Positions 28,701 to 40,067 of a DNA stretch of 64,000 nt are shown piece after piece (within the stretch, counting starts at the first letter, position 1; each line of letters starts with the position of its first letter). The stretch is from Antedon mediterranea (taxonomy: Eukaryota > Animalia > Echinodermata): positions 216,201 to 280,200 of the forward strand of contig NC_092679.1 of assembly GCF_964355755.1 (NCBI RefSeq). Reading direction: 5' to 3'. Made by a program: the position numbers and the translations under genes. Under the pieces are notes generated by a model, which saw only the letters and a list, made by a program, of their open reading frames with translations, searched no databases and was not told the origin of the DNA.

Positions 28701-29942
28701 TTCTTTCTTTCTATAGAATGCTAATGTAATAAGTTATTAGTGGTTTATATTCATTTTAAATGAAAATGCATCGCAGTTTCAGTTAAAGTTAAACGATTAG
28801 TAACAGAAGATTGCTTGCATAATAACTACTATTCGTTATTATGATTGAAGAATAATTTATATTTTGTCTAATTATTTGTAAATGGGGGTTATGTACTATA
28901 TATATTACAAATTAAAATATACGAGTTAGATTTAAAGAAAATTATGTTTATATTTACAGACAAAGATGAAAATAGCAACCATAGAGCCAATGTTATACCA
29001 CCTAAAAGAAAAAGCAACAAAGAAAATGATTGTGAGAGTAAAAAATCACGAATTGAAGATGATAAATACTTAAGAAAATTCAACCAATCGCGTAAAGAAT
29101 CAACTAATTCTGGAACTTTATCTAAGCGCAAGTGTCCGAACTCGGAAAACAATAGCAGGTCTTCCGACTGCTATTCCAGCAAGTCTTCACCGGGTCTAAT
29201 AAATCCATCTAACGATACCTCTCATAAATCTGTAAGTTGGGAAAACCCACCAAATCGTGAAATTCAAAGGAATCAAACCACTTCTGCTGACAGTCTACCA
29301 AGCGGATCTACTACTAGTTCATTGAATATTCCTAAAGCTCGCTTTGAAAAACTTACAATTGATTCACCCGATTGTTTTATATCCCAGAACACTAGTAGAA
29401 TTAGTAAATCTAGTGACACAAGTTTAGCAACCTCGCCAGTACCATCTCCTACTAGAACAATGCCAAGTACTTTCAATATGTCACCTGCTGTCAATGGAAG
29501 TCGAGATGTAGCACATGAACAATCTGTATTTGTTAGAAGTACTGTGGACTCTACAAGTTTAAAACAAGAGCCAAGTATATACAGCCCTTCGCCAACTGTT
29601 ATAACAGCAGTAACGTCCCCGTATGCAGGGGTACCATATGCAAATTATGCACAGTATACTAAATTGTCTCAGTTTCCAACGCCACATTCATATCAACTTG
29701 GTTCGTACACCGAGTCATCAATTTACAAGGGTTTTCAAGGTAGCCATGATGTGCCCATGGATTTGTCGTATAATAACATTGGTGGATATGGCAATATGTC
29801 GTTTCTTCCAAGTAGTATGTCACAGATAACATCTGCAGGGCGTTATTTAAGTACATCTGGAAAAATGGCGTGTGTTGTTTCAGATAACGCCACATCATAC
29901 ATTCACAGGGTATCTTCTGAAGAGGGTGCTAAACAGAATTAA
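10763..29942 (+). CDS. NPAS3: bHLH-PAS transcription factor, NPAS1/NPAS3/trachealess ortholog (multi-exon)
   Basis: Exons 10763-11013 ([58 protein letters not shown]), 12039-12121 ([13 protein letters not shown]), 12727-12816 ([30 protein letters not shown]), 14049-14241 ([17 protein letters not shown]), 25471-25586 ([25 protein letters not shown]), 26535-26734, 26916-27022, 27506-27650 (PAS-B/PAC), 27916-28085 or -28109, 28960-29942 (stop). Phases join; motifs match the NPAS1/3/Trh family. Confidence 0.93.
12178..12280. mobile_element. MITE family 2 copy (TIR ~GCTCTGTCTACACTATCAAACT...AGTTTGATAGTGTAGACAGAGC)
   Basis: ctacactatcaaact ... gtttgatagtgagacagagc; internal tgtgatgtgcccaaatatggtagtgata motif shared with other copies. 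Confidence 0.75.
14242..25470 (+). other. 11.2-kb GC-AG intron of the NPAS1/3-like gene
   Basis: Donor AAG|GCAAGT; phase 1 matches the acceptor ttttgtag|AA at 25471. Reading through hits a stop at 14276. Confidence 0.8.
14330..23821 (-). mobile_element. Tandem/nested array of six non-autonomous Helentron (HINE/DINE-1-like) elements
   Basis: Units start (plus strand) at 14330, 15872, 17461, 18988, 20577 and 22166 with ACTAGACATG(T/A)AACTCGTCACTTTGACGAGTT (hairpin) + GTTATCCGC. B/C units end in the hairpin AGTTATCCGC-N5-GCGGATAACTA. Sub-terminal inverted repeats, two hairpins, a GAAA-rich tract and a CTAGT terminus; no Rep/helicase ORF. Confidence 0.8.
25692..25810. repeat. 59-bp direct tandem duplication
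   Basis: TACTTTATTACACTCCATGGATGCATCACACAGCAGGTCTATA(C/A)AACCCGTAGCCAGGA x2. Confidence 0.9.
27076..27368. mobile_element. MITE family 1 copy with its left end amplified as 4 x 49-bp repeat
   Basis: ATCATCTTTGGTTCCCATCCCACTAGGAAGCAACGCGCTCAACCTATGG x4, then the MITE body and right end AAGTGGGAACCAAGCTT. Confidence 0.8.
27657..27786. mobile_element. MITE family 2 copy
   Basis: aagctatgtctacactatcaaact ... agtttgatagtatagacagagcct; begins 7 nt after the exon donor at 27650. Confidence 0.8.
28290..28712. repeat. (TTCC/TTTC)n polypyrimidine microsatellite, ~420 bp
   Basis: Essentially only C and T on the plus strand. Confidence 0.97.
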
Positions 29943-31860
29943 CGCCGTAATAGTGTTGGTTTTTTTTTCGACGAGAGTAATTACTTCTTTAATCATGATG
30001 GTATTTTCTGCTAAAATTAGTAACAAGGTGGACTGTGTTCTCTTCCAAACTCACTTTTGATTTATTTATTTTTATGCTGCACCAACTGATTTATTCTACT
30101 ATTCTGATAACTTTTTGTTTAAATTGTGAAGCCGGCTGTGATACTTGTTACAAAAGCTTAAAGCATGTTGAAGTGCTAAAGCAATTGCGTTTGTTTTATT
30201 TGAAATACATTAACCATAACATTGTTGAGCCAAAGCTCTTTTATAATTGTTTCTTCAGCTCCATGAAGTCTTTCATCTTTTGAGCCAAAGTTAAGACTCT
30301 GACAAATGAGGAGCCTTCAAGGAGGGGCGAGTGAAGGGCAGTGATATGATGCAATCAATATTGGGATGATGAGGGTCAGGTGTTGTTTGGCACTAAAATC
30401 ACAAAATTGGCATTCCAGTGATATTATAATTATTCATGAAGAGTACTATAAAATCCATCGCAACCCTGTCCAAAATGATAAGTGCTCTTTTCATCCGAAT
30501 GATGTAATGCCATAATAACATAGCGACAAGCATCAAGATTAATAACAAAAGTAACATCCTAGGCCGAGGTAGGCCAAATAATATAGTAATTTTGAATTTG
30601 TGCTTTAAAATAGTTTTTGACCGGACGTAATGTGGCATTACTTGTATAAGAAAAAAGATAGTTAAATATGATATGTTTGTCTGCATGGTGAGAATACTAA
30701 ATAAACACAATTATTGCGGTAACATCACGTATTTAGTTTACAAATTTCGTTCAAATTACAGTCTTATGGAAATATGAGAAAACTTATGTTAGAATGATAT
30801 GTGTGACTAGCAAGTTGTATAGAACCAATCATATCCTTTTGCCCAATGTGACATTATACTGATGCAATAACTGTACTAATGCATAGTGCACTCTTGTATA
30901 CTGTACTAATGCATAGTGTACTCTTGTATAGTGGTTTATTTGACAATGGTGTGTGTACAGGATGGTTATATTGTGAAGACAGAACGGATGTAGTATACAT
31001 ATAATAGTATAGTTGATTGACATTTTAATGAATATAAGATTACCATTATGTGATGTTATTGTGATTATAGGAAGACAATTTGACTAAAATATGCTATAGT
31101 AAATGTATTGACAGATTACTGTAGTCGTTTATATTGTATTTTAGTTAATATTATTAGGTAAAATGATGGTACAACTTTTGTTTTTATCGAAATCTTATAA
31201 ATGTACAGTACCAGTTATGCTTTTAATTCTGCTGGTTGAACTAAAGTGACACTATATAGTTTGAATGTTCGCTACAAAAACCTAAACCAATGGAGATCAT
31301 GATGGCTGATCTACTATAGCAGTTATAAATGCATATTTTATTGTGTTAAATTTGATATAGATAATACGGTATTGTAATACAATTGTATTAAAATTGATAA
31401 AATATATATACATTTTGTATGCGGTTACATACTTACTTCAGGCGATACATTCATGTACACTGTGTCTCATGTATAGAGGATAACAACTGTGGGGCTGTTT
31501 TAAGTCAAGTGACGATAACAGGCCGAATATCCAAAATTTAATAATAATAATACTTGTCTAGGTTATTATTGTTATTAATGTATCCTTATTCGAACTCATG
31601 ATCCATTGTATGAAAAAAAAATCAAAATATTTTTTCCAATATTAATTTCTATATAGTTATTATGTTTTATATAAAGAGTTTCTAATATTATTAATTAAAA
31701 GATTTAAGACAAAATGAAAGAAATATATTAATACTAAATACTATGAATGCGACAATTTTCTCAAAAAGGGAAAGCTAAAAAACATCGACTATCAAGGTGT
31801 GATGTAGTTTAATGAAATTGTAATCAATATTAATATCAGTCAGATTATGGTTACGCAGTT

Positions 31861-32020
31861 AAACTTGTTTCCCACTTTGACGCAACGACTACTACACGCG
31901 CAAGAATTTGACCAACCAGAAGCGAGACAATCCAAACTATAATTGTGATTGGTCAATTATCTACGTGAGTGTGCGTACGTCACTGTGTCCATTGTGTCCA
32001 ATTAGTGGGAACCACGTTTT
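31861..32020. mobile_element. MITE family 1 copy
   Basis: aaacttgtttcccact ... agtgggaaccacgttt inverted ends. Confidence 0.7.
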
Positions 32021-32261
32021 ACTACATTAATTTTACTACAGTAAAACATATACAAATTCCAGGAATAAGTTGTTATATTAGCCTCTATTTACATAAGAAC
32101 ATTAAAGAGTGTCGTGTCATAAAAGGTAAAATTGTATTTCTAGATTTATTTTTTAATTTTGAAGTAAAATTATGTAAATTAAAAAACAGTACTTTTTTGA
32201 TAAGTTTGATACTCATTTGAAAATTTAATTTTATATTTTCTTTACTTATGGTCCTTGGTTA

Positions 32262-32545
32262 CGCTTAGATCCCACTGGACGCAACACGAGGACGTAAGTT
32301 AAGCATGATTCGGTATCATCCGAACTGTTGCTTGTGATTGGTCAATTCATCACTTGCGTTGTGCATACGCACGTCGATTGCGTTACCGTCAAAGTGGGAA
32401 ACAAGCTTAAAGCTATGTCTACACTATCAAACTTTATGTGACAAAAGAATGTGATGTGCTCATCCATATATATGGACATAATGATTTCACATCACAACCG
32501 TATTTAAGCATATCACTACCATATCTGGGCACATCACATACACGC
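32262..32545. mobile_element. Adjacent MITE family 1 (to ~32410) and family 2 (from ~32409) copies
   Basis: cccactggacgcaac...aagtgggaaacaagctta is directly followed by aagctatgtctacactatcaaact... Confidence 0.7.
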
Positions 32546-33877
32546 AATGCCAACATTGAGAATAAATATACAAATTAAGGAGACCTGCAATCTGATTTTT
32601 ATATTCAATGATGAATTTTTAAAAATATAATGAATAGTCTTCATAGTGTTATTTGTTATTATTTTATTTTAATATGAGGATATTAATAATGAATGGTGCT
32701 ATTAAGTGTTGTATTGCTAAGTCCTAAAATATATATGTTATCTATTCTTTGAGAACTAGATATGTTTATTGTTAACCTGCCGAGCACACATAGAGTCATG
32801 TGTGGATAATTTTGTTGCTGCTATGTTCGATTGTATATTCGTCTTTACTTTGCTATTCATGCTACGCGCTACGTGTGTTTCATAGAAATAAAGTGACCAA
32901 TTTTGACATATGCTGGTTGTTTTTTCTTCATATCATATTGATGTGGTCTTACCGATACATCATGTATATGTTTTTGATCTTGTTAAAGCTACGGTGGTAT
33001 TGGCGTCCCATAAAGAAGAGGCATATTTGGAGTAGGCCTACTAACCATAATATGGTTAGTAGGACTCATTTGGACTCATGGAATATTTTAATTAGGGAAT
33101 GAACAAACGCCTTTACAAAGTAATGAGGTGCCCGCTTTAATGTGCAGTATTTTATTGTTTTTAAGTTGTGTTTTAAAAGTCATGTTGGAGCATGGAGGTA
33201 TGGTTGGAGAATGTTGGATTTTCAAATTCGAATCATACCATGATTGTGGTACATTTTGGTACCCTAAAATGTCTCGTTATTTATTGTCACAACGTTGAGG
33301 GCAGCATAGCAGTTTTCCATGTGTTGTTTTTTGTGTGCGGAGGAAAAATCATCGGTTGTATTCTCTCTCAAAAAGGACACACAAAAGGTAAGTACTTTTC
33401 ATAATTACTGATTTAAAACTAATATTCATTAATATGTTTAACATTCGGTTTAGTTGTATTCTTCAACCGACTGTCATTTATGTAAGACTAATAAGAGGGT
33501 AGCCTATTCTTTTCGCAGGGGTATTCTGTTTGAGAATGATGTCAATCAATTGTACTATGGAAGGCAAATGCCGCCTTTACATCAGAACAATCTTCCATTT
33601 ATGTGTTAAAGACTTACATTGAGAATATTAAATTATTGGGAAAGTACTTCCAAGAAAAGAAAATTTAGAATGTCTCTAAACAACCGTATTATTAATCAAA
33701 TCAATAAATCAAATCCAATAAATCAAATCAATAAATCAAATCAATAAATCATATCAAACAAAGTAAACATTTTTATTTGCATATTTGCAGAATAGAAACA
33801 TAATCAACAACTATCAAATTAGACACTAATTAATGTTAAAGATTTATTTATAAATGACTGACTTTTAACAGAATAAA

Positions 33878-36800
33878 ATGGAGGATGCTCCTCAGTCACA
33901 GCTTGCTTTGGACAAAGGTGCTATTGAAAGATACAGCAGACAGATGATTTTACCAGAAATCGGAGCAAAAGGTTTATAGTAATAATTACATATTTTTTTC
34001 AATTCATGAGAATACTGTTCCGGGCAAGTGCCAATGACGAAAAAGATGTTCTGTCAATTATGACAAAACAAATAAAATATAATTTAGTACACATGCTTTC
34101 ATGACCGCAGTAAAGTAACATTATTTTCAGATAATAATATAAACCTTTTATTTTCAGGACAGAAATCCATTTTAAATTCTTCGGTGTTGATTGTCGGTGC
34201 TGGTGGCCTTGGTTGTCCAGCCACTTTATATCTTGCAGCTGCTGGTATTGGTCAGTTTTCACTTTTTTTGTTTTTTTTTGCCGTTTATAGTGATATGGCC
34301 AGAAGAAAGCCTTTAGTTTACCAAAGAATCACACCTTTTAATAATTAAGTTATGTCAATGAGTTGGGTAGCTGAGTGGACATTTGACTGTCATACAGAGA
34401 GATCAGGTTCAATTCTTGACAACTCCCAGTCTACTCAGCTGTAAATGAGTACCTGGTTGAAAATACTAGGGAGGATAAGGCGGCATGGAAAAGAACTGGC
34501 CACCCTACCACATAATGCCGAGGCTTAGTACAATGAGCTCCTAACAGCTCATTCCCTACGTTCAGAATGAATACAGGACTCACCTTTACTTTTTATATAA
34601 CATCATTTATTGTTTTTGTTTGCTTCACAGGGAAACTGGGTATTGTTGATTATGATGAAGTTGAGCTCAGTAATTTACATCGTCAAGTTCTTCATAAAGA
34701 AACAAAGTTAAATGAAAAGAAAGCGGATTCAGCATGTACAGTTGCTAAGGAGTAAGTATACCAAATACAGCACAGTTGCTAAGGAGTAAGTATACCAAAT
34801 ACAGCAGTCAGCTCTTACAAAACCAGACTTTTCTTCGTTTTTTTTTCTCTTTCGTGGGTTCAGCCCACTTTTATTCATTATTCCATTCATGACAAAGATA
34901 TACAATGATTACACATGTTTATAACATGTATGTACAATATTATGGTTAAAAAATATATCTTTTTTAAAACATAACATAATTGGATATCTTTTAAAACCTA
35001 ACATAATTGGTTATATTGGCACATACATACCTGACTTTTCTTGAAGTACAAAAAGTCATAAATTCTTTTTTACCATCTATCATAATCATTGTAGTCATCA
35101 AATTGTCAGATAAAAGTACTGTTTATTTCAGACTCAACTCTGGTTGTCACTACATCCCATATCACCAACAATTAGACAGAACAAATGCTATGGACATCAT
35201 TAAAGAGTATCCTTAAAGAAACCAAGACTTTTATGATACACTGCTAAATTACAAATCATTAATAATAAAACAAAAGTTTTCCTTAATACTTTTAAAGCTA
35301 TGATATAGTGTTAGATTGTACAGACAATGCAGCAACCAGGTATCTTTTAAATGATGCTTGTGTTCTGTCAAGAAAACCACTAGTCTCTGGAAGTGCACTT
35401 AGATTTGAAGGTCAGGTCAGTTAATGGGTCAAGTTGTAGTTTTGCAGATATATTCGGACCATCAAATTATAAACGGGAACATTTTCATGAAATGTAACAA
35501 CTCATCAGCTTATTATTCATTTTGTGATTATTTATAGGATTAAGTTCAGTTTATTTAGGAGTTAGGTTGATAAGTTGTTAATATTCATTTTGATGGTCCA
35601 AATATACCTCATTCGGGTAACAGGGCCCTAGCCACAGGAAATAAATTGGTGCTGTGGTCGCAGGGAACAATCTCTCACAGGATCAGGTCAGGTTAAAACT
35701 TTGCCAAAATGTACTAGTGGCTACTACGGCCCTGGGTAGATGTGTTCTGTCTGACATAATGCATCATACTCAAACATCTCATCAAGCAAGCATATAATCA
35801 TTTAACTGTAATAAGGATCAATCTTTATCAAGTGTATCTCACTTTTCAGCTAACTGTATACAATCACGAAGGAGGACCTTGTTACCGATGTTTATACCCC
35901 AAACCTCCCCCTCCTGAAGTTGTTACCAATTGTTCTGATGGTGGTGTGTTAGGGCCAGGTAGGTTTGTATCGGTTTCCTCCATGGTTAATCCATTATCAG
36001 TTTCATTAATGATTTCACAGAGGTTATCATTTGTGTTTTTTCATTCATTTCATTTTTCATTTTTGTCTTCATTTGTTTTAGTTCCTGGTGTGGTTGGGTG
36101 TATGCAGGCATTAGAAGCTATTAAAATTGCTACTGGAATACCTTGTATCCTTTTACAACTCATTTTAATGAAATTGCAACTGAGGTAAAAGCTTAGAAAA
36201 AAGTACTGTACTTCCAATGAATTGAATCTTTAACCAATAAATAAAAGCCTCATTTAGCAAAAAACTGTTAATGTTTGATGGTTTGAATGGAACATTTAGA
36301 ACAATAAAACTGAGAGAACGACAAGCATCATGTGCAGTGTGTGGTGATGATCCATCCATCAAACAACTCATTGACTATGAAATATTCTGTGGAGCCAGTG
36401 CTACAGATAAGGTAATTTGTTTTTATTGTACAGTATTAACATTCAGTATCCAACTGAAATTGATGTTTACACATTGTCCTGCAGTTTTAAATTTAATTGC
36501 TTTTTTTGTTTTAAGTGTCGGAAATTGAATTTATTGGATAAAACAGATCATGTGACCGTTGAACACTTGAAGTCCGCAAGCAACGCAACCAGTGTTTACG
36601 TAGATGTGCGCCCTCAAGTGGAGTTTGATATTTGCCATCTCAAGAACTTCCATAGTATCCTTCTAATATTTTAAGTGCAAATTTCCTTTCCGTTTAGTTC
36701 ACTTGTTGCTTTTTTTCTAAAATTGATTCCTCTATTTTCTGCTATGTAACAAAAAGATGACAAATGTTTTATGTTGTATTTGATTTAACAAACTATTTTT

Positions 36801-37471
36801 AACTGAAATATCTCAGACATCCCACTTTCTGATGTAGCAAATGAAGAACAGTTATCACTTTTAAATAAGCAAATTACTTCTCAATGTTCACCAGTCAAAG
36901 ATAACATAACAGGTACAGCACTTCAGTCATCAATTAATATCTATTGAGAAGTCTACAGTCCAGTGAAAAAAATAGGCATTTTCATAATACGTCGTCAGTT
37001 CACTTTCGAATTGTCTAGTTATTTCCAAGTCATATCAATATGTATGTTCTCCTCCATAGTAAACACTTTTTTTATTTTATACGGTTCCAACAGCAAACAA
37101 CTCGCCTATTACACGATAATAAAAACTATTTTATGATTTATCATTCTTATAAACCAAGTCTCATTTGAGGCTTAGGGAGTGAAGTTCAAAGAGTCGTAAG
37201 TTACAACCCTGGCACTAGGTCAGGATTGAACCCTGATTGAACTCCACAATTTAATCATGTACAATTTAATGTTTAGTTATTCAAGTCACATTCATGTATC
37301 TGTATGTTCTTCTCCATAGTATATGTTGTGTGCAAACAAGGTAATGATTCGCAGAAGGCAGTTTTAAAGTTAAAAGAAAAATTTGAATCAACAAATGTGA
37401 AAATCAAGAATGTACAAGGAGGCTTAGCAGCTTGGTCAAGTAAGATTGACCCAAAATTTCCAACATACTGA
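33878..37471 (+). CDS. MOCS3: Adenylyltransferase and sulfurtransferase MOCS3/UBA4 (ThiF/MoeB + rhodanese), 11 coding exons
   Basis: Exons 33878-33971 ([12 protein letters not shown]), 34158-34250 ([12 protein letters not shown]), 34631-34751 ([13 protein letters not shown]), 35132-35206, 35298-35415 ([18 protein letters not shown]), 35850-35958 ([17 protein letters not shown]), 36082-36144, 36248-36411 (CAVCG..DYEIFCG), 36516-36654 ([11 protein letters not shown]), 36817-36912, 37320-37471 ([22 protein letters not shown]). A probable non-coding exon ends at 33387. Confidence 0.95.
34357..34600 (+). mobile_element. tRNA-headed SINE (conserved-domain, MetaSINE-like) in MOCS3 intron 2
   Basis: A-box-like GGTAGCTGAGTGG, B-box-like GGTTCAATTC, central CCCAGTCTACTCAGCTGTAAATGAGTACCTGG..GGATAAGGCGGC..ACTGGCCACCCTACC, tail CCTTTACTTTT. 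Superfamily assignment is from memory of consensus sequences. Confidence 0.7.
35207..35297 (+). other. U12-type GT-AG intron (MOCS3 coding intron 4)
   Basis: 5'ss GTATCCTT; branch TTTTCCTTAAT ~10 nt before AAG; no polypyrimidine tract. Confidence 0.9.
35447..35608. mobile_element. Small inverted-repeat element (MITE-like)
   Basis: ATATTCGGACCATCAAA ... TTTGATGGTCCAAATAT inverted pair ~140 bp apart. Confidence 0.55.
36145..36247 (+). other. U12-type GT-AG intron (MOCS3 coding intron 7)
   Basis: 5'ss GTATCCTTTT; branch TCTTTAAC at 36227-36234; purine-rich run to AAG; frame restored ([14 protein letters not shown]). Confidence 0.9.
36655..36816 (+). other. U12-type GT-AG intron (MOCS3 coding intron 9)
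   Basis: 5'ss GTATCCTTCT; branch TTTTTAAC ending 36803, 13 nt before the end of the intron; frame restored (FH-N-IPL). Confidence 0.85.
37088..37245 (-). mobile_element. Interspersed repeat family 3 (probable SINE remnant)
   Basis: agtctcatttgaggcttagggagtgaagtt..ttacaaccctggcactaggtcaggattgaacc recurs at ~47780-47862 and, decayed, at ~50670-50740; minus strand carries a B-box-like GGTTCAATCC. Confidence 0.55.
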
Positions 37472-39011
37472 AAAGAAAAAGAAACAATGTCTGTATTCAA
37501 CTGATTGGTCAAGTAAGATTGACCCAAAATTTTTAGCATACTGAGAGAGAAAAAAAACGTTAAAAACTGAGAGAATGTATGTATTCAAGTGATGTGTTTG
37601 TCCATATTATTTTATCAGGTTAGGGATGCTGCCTGGTTCAGAGTAGAGACAAAATATATATGCTACATACATTATAAGAACTAATGTTTATAATTTTAAT
37701 TCACTGAATATCTCATTGAAAATTGAGCATACTCTCAAATGTCATAGAATTATGAATCTGAATGAACCAAACAAATAAGAGAAATTTAAATTATGCATAT
37801 TTATTCAAATCATCTATTTAAAACGAATGTGACAGTGCTATATAAACATTTACAGATAATAAAATACTACTATATAACTAATATCTAAATGTAAATACAT
37901 TGTTTTAAATAACTTGCACACATACATATATTCTTATGCATATTTATATATGGTTTATTAACATACACACTTTCATTACTTTAGTACCTCTAACACAACT
38001 TACTATACAAACAACACTAGTATACAACACTACAGTTAGGTATAGAATAATACATTATAGTTTGTTTTGTAACATGGAGTTGGCAAGAAGTGATAATGTG
38101 ACTATACCTTCATAATTTTACACCAAACATTATCCGAGTATCTTCTTGTGCCAAAAAATGCTAATTATTAATTTATTACGAACAATTAAGCCTTATCCTC
38201 GTTAAAGAAAAAAAAAAAAAAATTGTACCAAAAAGGTCTGAAAGTAAATGAATGACTGCATACAACAGTGGTCTATTCAATATTTACATACAAATATAAA
38301 ACAATTGGAAATAAAACCTATTGCACAACAATGAAGGTAAATGAAATGCTACACCTTTAATGAAAACCTTTTAAATATAATCTTGATCACTTTAGGCACC
38401 ATTTTAATTAAAGCATGATGCAATAAGTACTATATAAGATCATTCTTATATCACAGAGAATTGGTGCGAGGTGGTCGCAAAAACAGGTAACAATCCCCTA
38501 TGCGGGCCGCAGTGTGGTGTGGCCAAAAAGTGGTCAGGTTAAAACCATACCATACAAATCTAACCTTGTACAGTATGTAAAAGAAAACCAAATAAATTGG
38601 AATGACAGTAGGCCTGTCAAATTCGTACAAGGGTACAACTATATAAAATTTCATTTGATAGGTTTAGGTTAGGGTAATATAAGTCCAATTATGTTGAGTT
38701 GCTATTTTAAATCTTTTATTAAATGTGATATATTATATTCATATACAGTAAATAAAGATTACATGTAATATTTCATTTTCTATTTACTTACAGTTATACA
38801 GTATAAATATTTAAAACTAAGTAGAGAACATAGACACATAAATAAGTTGTAATATAGAAATGTAAAAATCATTGTCCTACAAGTTCTGGGATATGGTATA
38901 AAAACATGTAAACGCATCCTTCAACTTCAACGCGCCTAAATCTGTATGTATGTATACTGCACATTGCGACTACATGAACTTCTTCTTTAATTTCTGGTTT
39001 AGGTGCACGCT

Positions 39012-39835
39012 TCATTGCACGACACAGGCTTGTGATGCATCACCCTGATGACTGGCTGCCTTCGCAAAACATATCGCTTGCATCCATTCTTGTTGGTCGG
39101 TTTCATTTTCAGCATGAATAAAAAAAGTCCTTTTTCTTCCTTTCGGAGTTACTTTGAACGCAAACGACTTCTTATCAATGTCAGCTTCTGCAATTTCAGC
39201 ACCAGTCAAGCATATCGATTTTGTAGCACTCTGAAATGTAAAAATGTCAGTAAAAAAGAAGTATCTATTGTATCGTTTACTTTTTAATGTCACAAGCTAA
39301 ATGTTTTTGTTGACTATAATAAGAAAGCTAAATAAAGCCCACTTCTTATTATTTAGGGCCTCTGTTCTGTATATTATCGAATCAGTGATCATAAAAAATA
39401 GAAAGGTTAATTATATAATTAGGAAAAAAACCTCTTTCTTAGAGTAGAATTTAACACTTTAATTATACGTTGAAATGAGTAACACAAATATAACTCCATA
39501 AATAGTTATTACTCCAGACTAATATACAGTAAATTGAATGCCTGGTTAGGCTGGCTAGCCTATCTATCCTAGGCTAATTGGGATCCGCCCACCCCTCGAG
39601 TCGCGCGTAGGCTAGCTACCTCAACATCGTCGCCATAAAATAACGTTGATTTCCTTAATGAAAACCATTGTTTTTTCCATTTTTGTGACATCTTAGTTCT
39701 TTTCATCAACCACCCATCTTTCATATTTTCCAAATCCGTTTCTTTCTGGAGGTTATCAACATTACTACTACATCTGCTTTCGGCATTTGAGTTGGAACAA
39801 CTTGTAGATCCGTGTTGTTGATCTTCGTCAGCCAT
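39012..39835 (-). CDS. 144-aa single PH-domain protein with C-terminal CaaX (CVVQ); exons 39835-39620 and 39230-39012
   Basis: aaaATGGC start; KDGWLMKRTKMSQKWKKQWFSLRKSTLFY (PH b1-b3); phase-0 GT-AG intron; FAFKVTPKGRKRTFFIHAENETDQQEWMQAI (PH b6-b7 and C-terminal helix). Confidence 0.88.
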
Positions 39836-40067
39836 TTTCAACTTTACTGGTTTGTTTTCCTGAAGAGCGCCCTCATTTTCTGGTAGTACCAAAATATACA
39901 CACACCACCAAACTCCCTCTCATCCCTGCATGCAAAATCCTTTAGCCTGTGTGTTTCTCTGTTGCCTAAAAAATCCAAAAAATGTACAATTTTACTGTTG
40001 ATGTCTGGTTCTTTATGAGTACTTAGTGTTTGCAATCAATAAGCAAGGGCTGAATGACAACATACAT

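Noticed and set aside
28231-28729. Phe/Ser/Leu-rich 161-163 aa ORFs
   Set aside because: Translation of the TTCC/TTTC microsatellite.
30035-30710. ORFs downstream of the NPAS stop
   Set aside because: No recognisable homology or exon structure; likely 3' UTR or decayed repeat.
33192-33404. 70-aa ORF as MOCS3 N-terminus
   Set aside because: No similarity to MOCS3, and its phase-1 donor at 33388 does not join the 33878 frame via the 33871 acceptor; treated as 5' UTR.
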